Shown piece by piece: positions 12,237-23,700 of a stretch of 64,000 nucleotides of DNA. The notes below the pieces were generated by a model, which had not been told where the DNA came from, did no database searches, and worked only from the letters and a program-made list of their open reading frames with translations. Every line of letters starts with the position of its first letter. Positions within the stretch are counted from its first letter, which is position 1. The DNA is from Leucoraja ocellata (taxonomy: Eukaryota): positions 4,774,001-4,838,000 of the forward strand of contig JAWMAR010000070.1 of assembly GCA_036785375.1 (NCBI GenBank), in the 5' to 3' direction. The position numbers were made by a program, and so were the translations under genes.

Positions 12237-14421
12237 GGGGGCTCATCAATGGGGACCGGCGGTTCTGCTGCTGGCGGCTCATTTCCCCAAAGACGATCGC
12301 TCCGGGTCCAGAACCCCTGCCGCCCCTCACTGGAGCAGGGGAACAGCCAGAACCTCTGGTGCCCCCTCACCCTCTCCCCCTGCCCATCACTGTCACACTC
12401 ACCACGCACACAACATCTGAAGAAGGGAGGTTACACAGAAAAGCTGGAGAAACTCAGCGGGTGCAGCAGCATCTATGGAGCGAAGGAAATAGGCAACGTT
12501 TCGGGCCGAAACCCTTCTTCAGACTGATCAGGGGTGGGGGTGGGTGGGGACAAGAAAGGGAAAAGGAGGAGTAGCCGGAAGGCTGGAGGGTGGGAGGGGA
12601 CAGCAGGGGAGCTGAGGAAGGGGAGGAGACAGCAAGGACTAACAGAATTGGGAGAAGTCGATGTTCATGCCCCCGGGGTGCAGACTCCCCAAACGGAATA
12701 TGAGGTGCTGTTCCTCCGGTGAAGAAGGGACCCAACCTTAAACATTGTCAGTTCATTCCTTCCACGGATGCTGCCTGACCTGCTGAGTTACTCCAGCACT
12801 TTGTGTTTTGCTCAAGATTCCAGCACCTGCAATTCCTTGTGTCTCACAAACTTTGGTGATTGATGAGCTCAGTTTATTGTTGTGGTCTGTACTGAGGTAC
12901 AGGGAAAAGCTTTTACCATGTTTCCAATGAGGGCCAAGTCATTGGGTATTTTCAGGTGGAGATTGACAGGTTCTCCATTAGTACGGGTGTCAAGCGATAT
13001 GGGGAGAAGGCAGGAGAATGGGGTTGAGAGGGAGAGATAGATCAGCCATGATTGAAAGGTGGAATAGACTCAATGGGCCAAATGGCCTCAATCTGCCCCT
13101 ATCACTTATGAACTAATGAACTAAGAATCCTCAAGAGATGAGTGATATAGACTTTACACTGAGCCACACAAACTGTACAAGATGAGATACTCAACGGGTC
13201 GGGCAGCTTCTGTGGAGAGAGAACGAGAGTTAATGTTTCAGGTAGATACCCCCAACCAAATTGCATTATTTCCAATTCAGTCCGCGTAATGAAAATAGTC
13301 CATGGATCCTCCCGCTCCCAAGTTCTTCTCCAGTGTAGAAGAGATGTGCCTAACTCTAGCAGCAGGCAGATAACACAGCCTGTGGGACTCTGAAGGGCAT
13401 GAAAGATGTCTCTGAATGCTTGCGACCATCTGGTGACATCTTAATGGGTGAGTCTCCTGTCTAGATCAAGAGGCTTGGTCCATCTATGGTGGCCTCAGAA
13501 GGATCCTTGCTCAAATCTCTGGATTGGGATTTGAACCCAGGAATCTCCCCACACAGAGCAAGAGCGCTCCCGACTGAGGCATCTCCCACACATCACTAAA
13601 GTGGCACAGAACGTGCTTTCACACATTTAATGTTCAAAAACTTCATTTTCTTCATCTCCACAAGGATCTCAAAAAAGCCGCCCAGACATAGTCAGCACCA
13701 CCTCTACAACAATAAACACAAAGGCTTCCACCACAACCACTCTGACCACCATGCCTCAAGATACACCAACCACCAAGGCAGCAAGTTCCAATGAGGCTTC
13801 TGGTTCATCAGATGGAAACAGGTTAGTAACTCGAAGAGCCAACTCAGCCTCACCTGAGAACCAATTAGTTCAGTTCAATTCAGCTCAGTTTAAAGATACA
13901 GCGTGGAAATGGGCCCTTTGGCCCACCGAGTCCGCTCTGAGCAGCGATCACCCCATACACCAGTTCTGTTCTACACACTAGGGGCAACTTACTACAAACC
14001 CGCACGTCTTTGGAATGTGGGAGGAAACTGGAGAACCCAGAGTAAACTCTTGCGATCACATGGAGAACGTACAGACTCTGCACTGACAGCACCGGTATCA
14101 GGATCGACCCCGCGTCTACTGTGCTGTGAGGCAGCAACTCTACCGCTGAGCTGACATCTCAATGGGCGAGCCTCATGTCTAGATCAAGGGGCTTGGTCCA
14201 TCTATGGTGGTTTAGGAAGGATCCTTGCTCAAATCTCAGGTTTGGGATTCGAATCAAGAATCTCCCCACACAGAGCAAGATCGTTCCGAACTGAAGCATC
14301 TCCCACACGTCACTAAAGTGACACAGAACGTGATTATAAACATTTAATGTTCAAAGACTTCATTCACTTTATCTTCACAAGGGTCTCAAACATATCACCC
14401 AGATATCCTCACCACTTTGGT

Positions 14422-14452
<31 letters not shown>

Positions 14453-15609
14453 GGTTGCACGGTGGCGCAGCGGTAGAGTTGCTGCCTTACAACGCTTGTA
14501 GCGCCAGAGACCCAGGTTCGATCCCGACTACAGGTGCTGCCTGTACGGGGTTTGTACGTTATCCCCACGACCGCATGGGTTTTCTCTGAGATCTTTGATT
14601 TCCTCCAACACTCTAAAGACATACAGGTATGTAAGTAGATTGGCTTGGCGTATGTGTCAATTGACCCTAGTGTGTGTGTAGCCTAGTGTTAGTGTGCGAG
14701 GATCGATGGTCGGTGTGGACTCCATGGGCCGTCGGGCCTGTTTCCGCGCTATATCTCAAAATTAAACTAAACTGGATTAAAATATGGTCACCACCACCTC
14801 AGGAACCACCACACCCACTCTGCCTCCGGAAGCATCGACCACCAGGAGCTCCTGGTTCATCGCCTCTACACAGGTCAGTGACTCAAAGTCCCAGTACTTT
14901 GAGAAAGCGTGGCTGATCATATTCCAGTCCATTGATAAATACTCCTTGGCCCTGACTAAAGTCCATCTGTCCTTAGTACACCCAGTGGCCCTACCATTGT
15001 GAATGTCTACCCTTACATGATGCCAAAAACAAATAACGTCACACTTATCATGGTTCAATACCTGCTGGCATTGCTCTGCCCAACATACCAGTTGCTTCTT
15101 ATCCCTCTGTGGTCTATGATTATCGTACTATCCAAAATGAGACAATGTTGATGTAATCTGTAAACTCGTAAATCATACTTCCAACATTAACATCTAAGGC
15201 CGGCAGATGGGACTAGTGTAGATAAGGACATCTTGGTCGGCAATGGGGAAATTGGGTCAAAGGACATGTTTTCGTGATCTATGTCTGACCATCAAAATGA
15301 ACATCTAAGTTGTTAATGTAGTCATGGAACACCTCCAAGGAATGGGTGCATGTTGCGATATTAACATCTCACCAATGTCCACGCCAAAATCTTGGATCAC
15401 ACTGAATGATTCCGTGTGCAATATGATGAAAGAAAATTACCAGCGTTGATCTGTGGTAACTCTGTGTGGAAGTAATAATATTTCATTGGATTTCCAGGGA
15501 CATCGTGCTGAATGTTCGCCGTGTTTGGGGTGTGTTACGCTGGGTACTCTTTGGAATTCTGCTTCTCTTCCCGGTTTCCATCAGCTGTGTGACAACTTTG
15601 AAAAGGTGA
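2678..15609 (+). CDS. CD300/pIgR-like (CMRF35-like) receptor gene 1, 4 V-Ig domains, ~555 aa; join(2678..2774,6996..7319,8125..8448,9318..9644,11694..12020,13665..13821,15498..15609)
   Basis: All exons are bounded by AG/GT with compatible phases (1,1,1,1,1,2), giving 1668 nt open to TGA. V-set motifs ITG..EVRGELGQSVTV.C.Y, K.W.KG, GRTSMTDDK, SVTIDNL..SDEG.YWC. Thr-rich stalk and a hydrophobic TM segment follow. Confidence 0.85.
4325..4977 (+). mobile_element. Rex1/Babar-type LINE 3' fragment
   Basis: LRRLRK...FYRGTIESILT...KTASRVIG...IIKDP.HP.H..F..LP.GKRYRS; (TACTGAA)n tail. Confidence 0.8.
4978..5399 (+). mobile_element. Second Rex1/Babar-type LINE fragment nested in the tail of the first (gene 1 only)
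   Basis: KIIKDPSHPNHGLFALLPSGRRYRS; (TTGAA)n tail; flanking TGAATAC duplication. Confidence 0.8.
6704..6837. repeat. 50-bp inverted repeat upstream of Ig exon D1 (also 11401-11535, 45716-45850, 50425-50559; truncated at ~24812-24918)
   Basis: Arms 6704-6753 and 6788-6837 are complementary at 47/50 positions. Confidence 0.9.
6996..7319 (+). CDS. Gene 1 V-type Ig exon D1
   Basis: CACAG acceptor, GAAG|GTAAGT donor, 324 nt, B-strand Cys, C-strand Trp, DEGLYWC. Confidence 0.92.
8125..8448 (+). CDS. Gene 1 V-type Ig exon D2
   Basis: Same splice sites as D1, 324 nt open, V-set motifs. Confidence 0.92.
9318..9644 (+). CDS. Gene 1 V-type Ig exon D3
   Basis: CACAG acceptor, GAAG|GTACGT donor, 327 nt open, DEGYYWC. 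Confidence 0.92.
10425..11050 (+). mobile_element. CR1 LINE 3' fragment
   Basis: LVRPHLEYCVQFW...FFTQRVVNLWNS; CTATGTTT tail. Confidence 0.9.
11279..11421 (+). pseudogene. Chimeric truncated stalk exon (stalk 5' part fused to pre-Ig intron); possible alternative terminal exon
   Basis: Stalk-type acceptor CCACAAG|GGTCT. GSQTSRPDMVTTTSTTI runs into a copy of the 6631-type intron and is open to TAA at 11419-11421. Confidence 0.6.
11694..12020 (+). CDS. Gene 1 V-type Ig exon D4
   Basis: CACAG acceptor, GTACGT donor, 327 nt open. Confidence 0.92.
12429..12719 (-). mobile_element. Penelope-like short insertion with hammerhead motif (gene 1 only)
   Basis: 11-bp flanking duplication TGAAGAAGGGA; empty site at ~26908; contains CTGAAGAAGGGTTTCGGCCCGAAACGTT on the minus strand. 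Confidence 0.65.
12491..12527 (-). ncRNA. Minimal type I hammerhead ribozyme motif
   Basis: CUGAAGA-A-GGGU(UUCG)GCCC-GAAA-CG-UU; intact core and stem II; palindromic minimal stem III; weak stem I. Confidence 0.55.
13665..13821 (+). CDS. Gene 1 Ser/Thr-rich (mucin-like) stalk exon
   Basis: Phase 1 to phase 2; GSQKSRPDIVSTTSTTINTKASTTTTLTTMPQDTPTTKAASSNEASGSSDGN; AG|GTTAGT donor. Confidence 0.8.
14382..14873 (+). pseudogene. Duplicate stalk exon disrupted by a SINE (gene 1)
   Basis: Paralogous acceptor and donor (CAG|GTCAGT) with Thr-rich codons, interrupted by (TG)n/poly-G plus a SINE; 3' part frame-shifted relative to the intact stalk exon. Confidence 0.65.
14456..14772 (+). mobile_element. 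tRNA-derived SINE (copies at ~28641-28957 and ~53928-54243)
   Basis: Box A TGGCGCAGCGG, box B GGTTCGATCCC, (CTAAA)n-like tail. Confidence 0.75.
15498..15609 (+). CDS. Gene 1 TM exon RDIVLNVRRVWGVLRWVLFGILLLFPVSISCVTTLKR*
   Basis: TTTCCAG phase-2 acceptor matches the stalk donor; ~23-aa hydrophobic stretch containing Arg. Confidence 0.82.
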
Positions 15610-15703
15610 AAGTTTGCAATCTCTTTACTCTGATGTTCACATTAAATTCAACTGGAAATGATGGGAATTTACTTTCGATTTGTAGAGATAAAGTGTGGAC
15701 ATA

Positions 15704-15835
15704 CAGCGCCCTCCATAATGTTTGGGACAAAGACCCTTCATTTATTTATTTGCCTCTGTATTCCACAATTTGAGATTTGTAATTGAAAAAATCACACGTG
15801 GTTAAAGTGCACATTGTCAGATATTATTAAAGGGT
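15704..15835 (+). mobile_element. Tc1/mariner-like terminal fragment (copies at ~29891 and ~55170)
   Basis: TA|CAGTGCCCTCCATAATGTTTGGGACA resembles a Tc1-type TIR start; no other end seen. Confidence 0.5.
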
Positions 15836-15839
15836 ATAC

Positions 15840-16110
15840 AGCCAATCAAGTCCGCGCCGACCAATGATCACCCCGTACACTCGCACTATCCTACACACGA
15901 GGGACAATTTACAATTATACAGAGGCCAATTAACCTACAAAACTACACGTCTTTGGATTGTGGTAAGAAACCGGAGCACCTGGATAAAACCCACGCTGTC
16001 AGAGGCAGAACATACAAACTCCGTACAGACAGCACCCGTAGTCATGATCAAACCCGGGTCTCTGGCGCTGTAAGGCAGCAACTCTACCGCTGCGCCACTG
16101 TGCCGCCCTG
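15840..16110 (-). mobile_element. tRNA-derived SINE, minus strand (copies at ~30030-30297 and ~55305-55575)
   Basis: Reverse complement of the same SINE head (GGGCGGCACAGTGGCGCAGCGGTAGAGTTGCTGCC). Confidence 0.7.
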
Positions 16111-16655
16111 GGTCATTTCCTCGGGTAAAATTTGATGGTGGAGATTATAAACTGTGTTTTAATTGTTATTCAAGGAAAAAAACAGCCAAGACCTTGGAGA
16201 TGAGGTCGGCAGTGGTGGAGGAAGGAGAGGAACAGCGCCGGTGAGCTGGCTGGGTGAGGCCTCACCTCGCATGGAGACGGCCGTGGGAGGCGAGGGGAAA
16301 AGGGTGCGTTGGTGGGTCGAGGTGTGGGCGGAGTGCGAGTGGGCTGCTGGAGGCCCTGCAGCAGCCGGTGGATCGGGTGCCGCTGGAGGTCCTGCAGAGG
16401 TCGGGGATGAGCGTACTGTTCGGACACGGCCTGCAGCGGCACGGAGCGGTGGTGGAGGCACCGACAACATCGCCAGGCCAGGCCGACCCCTGCAACTCCC
16501 ACCCAGTGCCGTCTCCATGACAACGGGCCTTTAAGCCCAAAATAAAATGGGCCTTTAAGCCCAGTTTGATGTTTAAGAATATAAGATACTGCCAGTAATG
16601 TGGCAACTCTTGTGTACTGCATCATATAATCTGCTATTAATACTCTTGTTCTTAG

Positions 16656-16680
16656 CTTCAGCTGTGCTTATATCAAGTAA
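16656..16680 (+). CDS. Possible short terminal exon (SFSCAYIK*) of gene 1
   Basis: Good acceptor TTAATACTCTTGTTCTTAG; in frame with a possible AAG|GTGAAA donor at 15605; AATAAA about 55 nt downstream; identical in the three units. Confidence 0.45.
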
Positions 16681-18684
16681 GATTTTTACTGAATTCTATA
16701 CAAAAGAAATGTCACTGTACCCATGTGCATGAGACAATAAAGTATCATTGAACCATTGAACAATGGGGATATAAAAACGGTTAAATGATTACAAGTATTG
16801 AACTGTGGACACGTGTTAGAAGAATAAGATAAAAATGAAGGGTAATCGTTATATCAATATTGTTATTCTGACGGAATGACGCCCAATAATCATCGTTTAG
16901 CTTTTCAGGGCCAGAGAGGGTGTTCACCAGTTGGAGATGTACAAATCTCATCACCTTGCCCCTACAGCATCACCACACCACACCTATGTCCAATCTACCT
17001 TGACCACTTGAGGAGGAATTTCTTTAGCCAGAGGGTGATGAATCTGTGGAATTCATTGCCACAGGCGGCTGTGGAGGCCAAGTCAATGGATATTTTTAAA
17101 TTGGAGATTGACAGGTTTACTCAGGGTGTCAAAGGTTGAGGGGAGAAGGCAGGAGAATGGGATGGAGGGGGAAAGATAGATCATCCATGATTGAATGGCG
17201 GAGTAGACTCGATGGAGCAAATGGCCGAATTCTGTACCTATGTTTGCAGACACGTCTGTACATCCTGACATTCACCCAAAAGACAGCAGAACATAGACTA
17301 GAACTCAAAGCTGGCTTTCCAGAATGTGAACTTTTAACTTTACTACCAATTGAATTGCTGTGTGAAACCCTGCACATTGAATAATGATTAAAATAATCCA
17401 ATGTAATAAAAGATGGCTGAATTTTTGTCATAAAGTCATAAGTGATAAGAGTAGAATTAGTTTGGTTTAGAGATAGCGCATGGAAACAGGCCCATTGATC
17501 CACCGAGTCCATGCCGACCACTGATCACCTGTACACACTATGTTTAAGAAGGAACAGCACATGCTGGAAAAGCGAAGGTAGACAAAAACGCTGAGTTTCT
17601 CCAGCATTGTTGTCTACCTGTACACACACTAGTTCTGTTATCCCACTTTCTCATCCATTCCCTACACATTTGCGACAATCTTGCAGAGGTATTTAACCTA
17701 CAAACTCGCATGGATTAGGGATGTGGGAGGAAGCCGGAGCACCTGGAGGAAACCCATGAGGTCACAGGGAGAACATTCAAACTCCACACAGACAGCACCC
17801 GTAGAGAGGATCGAACCCGGGTCTCTGGCGCTGTGAGGCAGCAGCAAACCGCTGCACCACCGTGCCGCCCTGAAGAGAGAGAGCAGGCTTGTGAGAGCAG
17901 ACAGCAGAGCAGCAGGCCAGCTAAATGCCTCATCAGAGTGACAGCACCTTCAGCTACTTTAGACACAGTGTTTAGGACAAACAGAATCAAGGGATATGGG
18001 GAGAGAGCAGGAACTGGGTACTGATTTAGGTTGATCTGCCACGATCATATTGAATGGTTCAAATGGCCGAATGGCCGAATGGCCTACTCCAGCGCCTATT
18101 TTCTATGCTTCTATGTTTCCATAGCAGAGCTCCCTCAGTACAACTCTCCCTCCGTGCTCGGCGTTCTGGAGTGGGAACTGAACCAACATCTCTCTAACTC
18201 ACTCAATAGTTTTCACCCACTGAGCTTGCACTGCAGGACCCAACACTGGGCCTTGGTGTGGCTCAGTTAGCGTGGTAAAGTCACACAGGACTCCTGCTAG
18301 AAACAGCGTGCGAAATGTTGCACTTAGACCACAGGTCTCACATTGAAAACCATGTGAAACCCAACCGCTTCTGAAAGGAAGCACCGCGATGACTTTTCAT
18401 GTTTGCATTCAAGGAATCTGTGGCAACCTCTTTAGTTTAGCCTATTATAGTCATGTGTACAGAGGTGCAGTGAAAAGCTTTTCTGATGTATGATATCCAG
18501 TCAGCGAAAACACTATACGATTACAATCAAGCCATCCACAGGATACAGGTACAGGATAATCCGACCTCTACAATGTAATCTCACAGAGGCTGATGGGTAC
18601 ATGGAGGGAGCATGTCCAGAGAAGGTAGTGTAGACAGGTACTAGTAACAACATTGAAAAGCATAAGGACATGGTATGTGGATAG

Positions 18685-19296
18685 AAACATAGAAATTAGG
18701 TGCAGGAGTAGGCCCTTCGAGCCTGCACCGCCATTCAATATGATCATGGCTGATCATCCAACTCAGTATCCCGTACCTGCCTTCTCTCCATACCCCCTGA
18801 TCCCCTTAGCCACAAGGGCCACATCTAACTCCCTCTTAAATATAGCCAATGAACTGGCCTCAACTACCCTCTGTGGCAGAGAGTTCCAGAGATTCACCAC
18901 TCTCTGTGTGAAAAAAGTTCTTCTCATCTCGGTTTTAAAGGATTTCCCCCTTATCCTTAAGCTGTGACCCCTTGTCCTGGACTTCCCCAACATCGGGAAC
19001 AATCTTCCTGCATCTAGCCTGTCCAACCCCTTAAGAATTTTGTAAGTTTCTATAAGATCCCCCCTCAATCTTCTGAATTCTAGCGAGTACAAGCCAAGTC
19101 TATCCAGGCTTTCTTCATATGAAAGTCCTGACATCCCAGGAATCAGTCTGTTGAACCTTCTCTGTACTCCCTCTATGACAAGAATGTCTTTCCTCAGATT
19201 TGAAGACCAAAACTGTACACAATACTCCAGGTGTGGTCTCGCCAATACCCTGTAGAACTGCAGTAGAACCTCCCTGCTCCTATACTCAAATCCTTT
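18685..19296 (-). mobile_element. CR1 LINE 3' fragment (duplicate of 697..1310)
   Basis: RPHLEYCVQFW...RRLRGDLIE ORF 18763..19335. Confidence 0.9.
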
Positions 19297-20660
19297 TGCT
19301 CTGAAGGTTTTGATAGGAAAGGTATGTAGGGACATGGGTCAAATGCAGGCCTGGTTTTTATGGTGGTTCAGCCATAAAGTTGTTGCCTTACATGGTATAA
19401 CAGCGCCAGATAACCAGGTTCGATCCTGGCTATAGGTGCTTGTCTGTACATAGTCTGTACTTTCTCCCAGTGACCTGCATGAGTTTTCCCTGAGAACTTC
19501 AGCTTACTTCCACACTCCAAAGACGTACAGGTTTGTAGGTTAATTGGGTTGGTGTAAATGTAAACATTTGTGTTGCTGTGCAGGGATCACTGGACGGTGC
19601 GGACACAGTGGGCCGGATGGCTTGTTTCCCCACTGTATCTCTAAACTAAACTAAAGAGGGACCAGCGTACATGGGACATCTTGATCGGCATTAGGCAAGC
19701 TGTTTCCCTGCTGTATCACTCTATGATTTTATGAATCACATCCTCAAACTCAGCTTTACCCGGTCTCCGATGCTCAAGTATGTGAATTGTCTTTCAAGGA
19801 GTTTATCTGGTGACGTGAGTGGACTTATCTGATCGCGTTTGGCAATAGACAATAGACAATAGGTGCAGCAGTAGACCATTTGGCCCTTCGAGACAGCATC
19901 ACCATTCAATGTGATCATGGCTGATCATCCACAATCAGTACCCCGTTCCTACCTTCTCCCCATATCCCCTGACTCCGCTATCTTTAAGAGGCCTATCTAG
20001 CTCTCTCTTGAAAGCATCCAGAGAACCGGCCTCCACCGCTCTCTTAGGCAGAGAATTCCACAGACTCAGAACTGTCTGGGTGAAAAAGTGTTTCCTCATC
20101 TCCGTTCCTTTGGTGTCTTTTTTCTCCTGGGTATTGTTTCAACAGATGAGAAGCTGAGGAAGGCTGGACAAATTAGTGACGCGCATTTTGTGGTGGGTAA
20201 ACAGATCACAAGTTCACACATTCCAGGAGTAGAATTTGGCCATTCGGCCCATCCAGTCTACTCTGCCATTCAAACATGGCTGATCTCTGCCTCCTAATCC
20301 CATACAAGTTCAGACACAGTGTGCCCGCATTTGGGGGAGGGGCTTGAGGGGGTGGGCAAGGGAATGTTTGCGGTGGTGGACAGAGCGCCAGTCAAGTGGG
20401 CAAACGTCACCAGGATGAAGCAGAGCTTCGAGGAGATGCTCCAATCCAGGCAACTGGAGAGTGTTGCAGCTCACTCCTGATAGGGGCATTGTCCGTGGTG
20501 AGGAGGCTGGGGGAGGTGACAAGTGAGTCACCAAGTTAAGTCTTGAACCACTGCAAAGTCATGTCCTGTTAATCGGAAATTGACTGACTTCAGTTGTGAA
20601 TGAGGAAGAGGACAACTCAAACGCACTGCAGGGACCAAACCGATCCAACGTAGCCGAGAC

Positions 20661-20757
20661 ATGGCGGTGGGACAGGGAGAATTCACCCACCAGAGATGGC
20701 CCAGATCCAGGGGAACAGTCGCTCTGTTGGTTCTTGTCGCTGTTGGTCTCACACCAG
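20661..20757 (+). CDS. Gene 2 leader exon
   Basis: Same peptide as the gene 1 leader, CAG|GTAAAT donor. Confidence 0.8.
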
Positions 20758-23700
20758 GTAAATCGGTGTTTTACAAAATGCTCTGTTCTTTAGAATTATT
20801 TACCAACGCCTTGAATTATTTGTAACCACAGACCTCTCTGTACTGTGCTGATGATAAATTGCTCAACACTCGTTAGTTCCAGTAGAGACTTCCATCAGCG
20901 GTTGTTGTCGTGTTGTGTGCAGCCAAGTCGGGAGATAACTATCTACAGCTTGCCTTGCCTTGTGGACCTCATTGAAACTTACTGAATAGTGAAAGGCCTG
21001 GATAGAGTGGATGGGGTGAAGATGTTTACACTAGTGGGAGACTCTAGGACCAGAGGTCGCAGCCTCAGAATTAAAGGGTGTTGCTTTAGGAAGGAGATGA
21101 GGAGGAATTTTGTGAGACAGAAACTGTGGAATTCATTGCCACAGACTGTGGAGGCCATCAATAGGTATTTCTAAGGCCGAGATGGATAGATTCTTGATCA
21201 GTACTGGTGTCAGGAGTCCTGGGGAAAAGGCAGGAGGATTTAGTTGAATGGGAAAGATAGATCAGCCATGATTGATTGGAGGAGAGTAGACTTGATGGGC
21301 CAAATGGCCTAATTCTTCTCCTAGTACTAATGAACATGATCTGTTCTTCAGAATTATTTGGCAGCATCTTGAATTATTTTGAGCCACAGAGCAGACTACT
21401 GGGCTACGAGCTGCTAAAGATAAAATGCTTGCACACTTGTTCTTCCCTGCACTAATGACTGTTGTGATGCTGTGTGCAGCCAAATTGTACACAGCTAACT
21501 CCCTGTAGAAAATGACCCCACAGCTGGCCTTGTTGATTATGGGTGTAGGGGTAACTCTTGCCCCCAGAACAGAGAGTTTGCTCCACTATTCTGGTGCAAA
21601 CTATCTCCAGGTGAACTTTCTCAGTGACTTGACAGCAGATCAGCTAAATGCTTTACCCCTTGCATAATCTCTTGACTTCCTCCCTCTCTGACTGTGGGTC
21701 TGAAGAAAGGTCTCGACCCGAAACGTCACCCATTCCTTCTCTCCAGAGATGCCCCCTGACCTGCTGCGTTACTCCAGCATTTAGTGTCTATCAAAGGCAC
21801 ACGGCACTCCCTCCACGCACTGCAATGGGAAATGTTGAACAAAAACCTTAGCACATTCAAAGAAAAAACCTGTGAAAGCCAGCCAATGGGAACAGGCGGG
21901 CATCTCAAATGAGGAAGCACCAGAGTGACTGTCCAATTTAGCATTTGGAGAAGTTGTGGTAATCTCTCCCTTCTGAGAAAAACCAGCTGCCTTACAACAG
22001 ACTCTGCTGCTCGAGCTGTTCTACACACTTTGCTTTCCCCAGCCTCTGAGTTCTCCTTCAAGGCATTTGTCTTGTGGCTTGTGAGCTGACCTGGACTGAT
22101 GTGATGATGTGTCTCCACCCCAGCTCCTGAATCTGCAGAGTTTCACATGTGTTAGAGTCATAGAGTGATACAGTGCGGAAACAGGCCCTTCGGCCCAACT
22201 TGCCCACACCGCCCAACATGTCTCAGCAACACTAGTCCCACCTGTCCATGTTTGGCCCAAGTCCCTTCAAATCTGTCCTATCCATGTATCCAGAGGGCCC
22301 CACCCTCTCCGGAGACTAAGAAAAGCAGGTCTCCCTACTGTTCACCTAAGGTCCTTCTACAGGGGCACCATCGAGACTATACTGACCCACGGCATCACTT
22401 CCTGGTTTGGGAGCTGCAAGGCTTATGAACAAAAACAACTTAACAGGATAGTGAAGACAGCCAGTAGGATCATTGGTGCTCCACTCCCTTTCCTGTTGGA
22501 GATCTATCAGAAGCGTAACATCAGCAGAGCCATCTCCATTATTAAGGACCCCCATCATCCATCACACCACATCTTCTCCATTCTGCCACCTGGGAAGAGG
22601 TACAGGAGCATCAGATGCAAAACCAGCAGGATGCTACACAGCTTCTTCCCACAGGCAATAAGACTGGTTAACGGACTGTGTCCCCTCCACATACATCATA
22701 CACCAACACATCTAACCTCGCCTATACTTTGACAGCTAGGCACCTGTCAAAGCAAAGCCACTGTTCGGTCTGAATGCCTGTTTTTATTTCAATTTTTAGG
22801 CCTATTTTAGATATGTTAATTTTAATTTTAAATCTATATGTATTTATTCTGTTTTTATTAAGTGCACTGACGGGAACTGATTGGGAAACAATTTTTGGTT
22901 TCTTCTGTGTATGTAAGTTAAAATGACATTAAAGTAAATACTGAATACTGAATACCCAGGGCCGGCCTTAAGCCGATTGGACCGATGGCTCCCAATTGGG
23001 CCCCGCGAGTAAGGGGGCCCCGCGCCAGTGTAATCTACTCTCGACGGGTAGATCTACCCCGGGTGGAGAGAGAGTAGAGGGGTGGAGGGGGAAGAAGGGG
23101 GTAGACGGGGAGGAGGGTGTGAGGGGGAATGGAGAAGGGGGAGAGGGGGAGGTGGGTCGTTCGCTCACGGCAGCGCTACTGCCCCTCCAGTCGCCGTGCT
23201 TCACGCACACAGCCCCGGCTCCACCCCTCTCTCTCCCCGGGGAGAGGCGGTGAACAATACACAGAGGGCTGGGCCGGGGGTTGGGGCATCGTATACAAAC
23301 ATCGGCCTCAGCTCACACCTGTCTGCCTGGACCCCGGTATCCCTCTCCCTCCCTTCTCTCCTTCCCTCCCTCCTTCCGCTCTTTTCCTTTCTCTCATTCT
23401 AGCAATGTTACAAAATTTTGAGATTTAAAAAATCAAGTCTGCAATTTATCCCATCAGATAAAGCATAACAATAAGTTTAATGTGACACCTAATTCACTTT
23501 CATATCTCAAGTAATAAAAAAGTTATGGCCATTTTCATACTCGGAAATTAGCATCTTGTTCCCTATTGATTTTCTATGGACATAACAAAAAAGCTGTGAT
23601 CATGGACAGTCAAAAGCCCATAACCTTCTTAAAAATTAAGAGAACTGAATGAAATTTTCAATTATCATAAATTGAACCATTCTGAAACAAATATAAAATA

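Larger units (their letters stand above)
1..17975 (+). repeat. Segmental duplication unit A
   Basis: Sequence at position 1 recurs at 17976, ~32160 and ~57439 with collinear content. Confidence 0.9.

Noticed and set aside
14456-14530. tRNA gene
   Set aside because: A/B boxes belong to a SINE head continuing into the SINE body; no full cloverleaf
16159-16625. GC-rich overlapping ORFs downstream of each TM exon (also ~30350-30800 and ~55624-56090)
   Set aside because: Low-complexity, open on both strands, no recognisable domain; probably a repeat fragment
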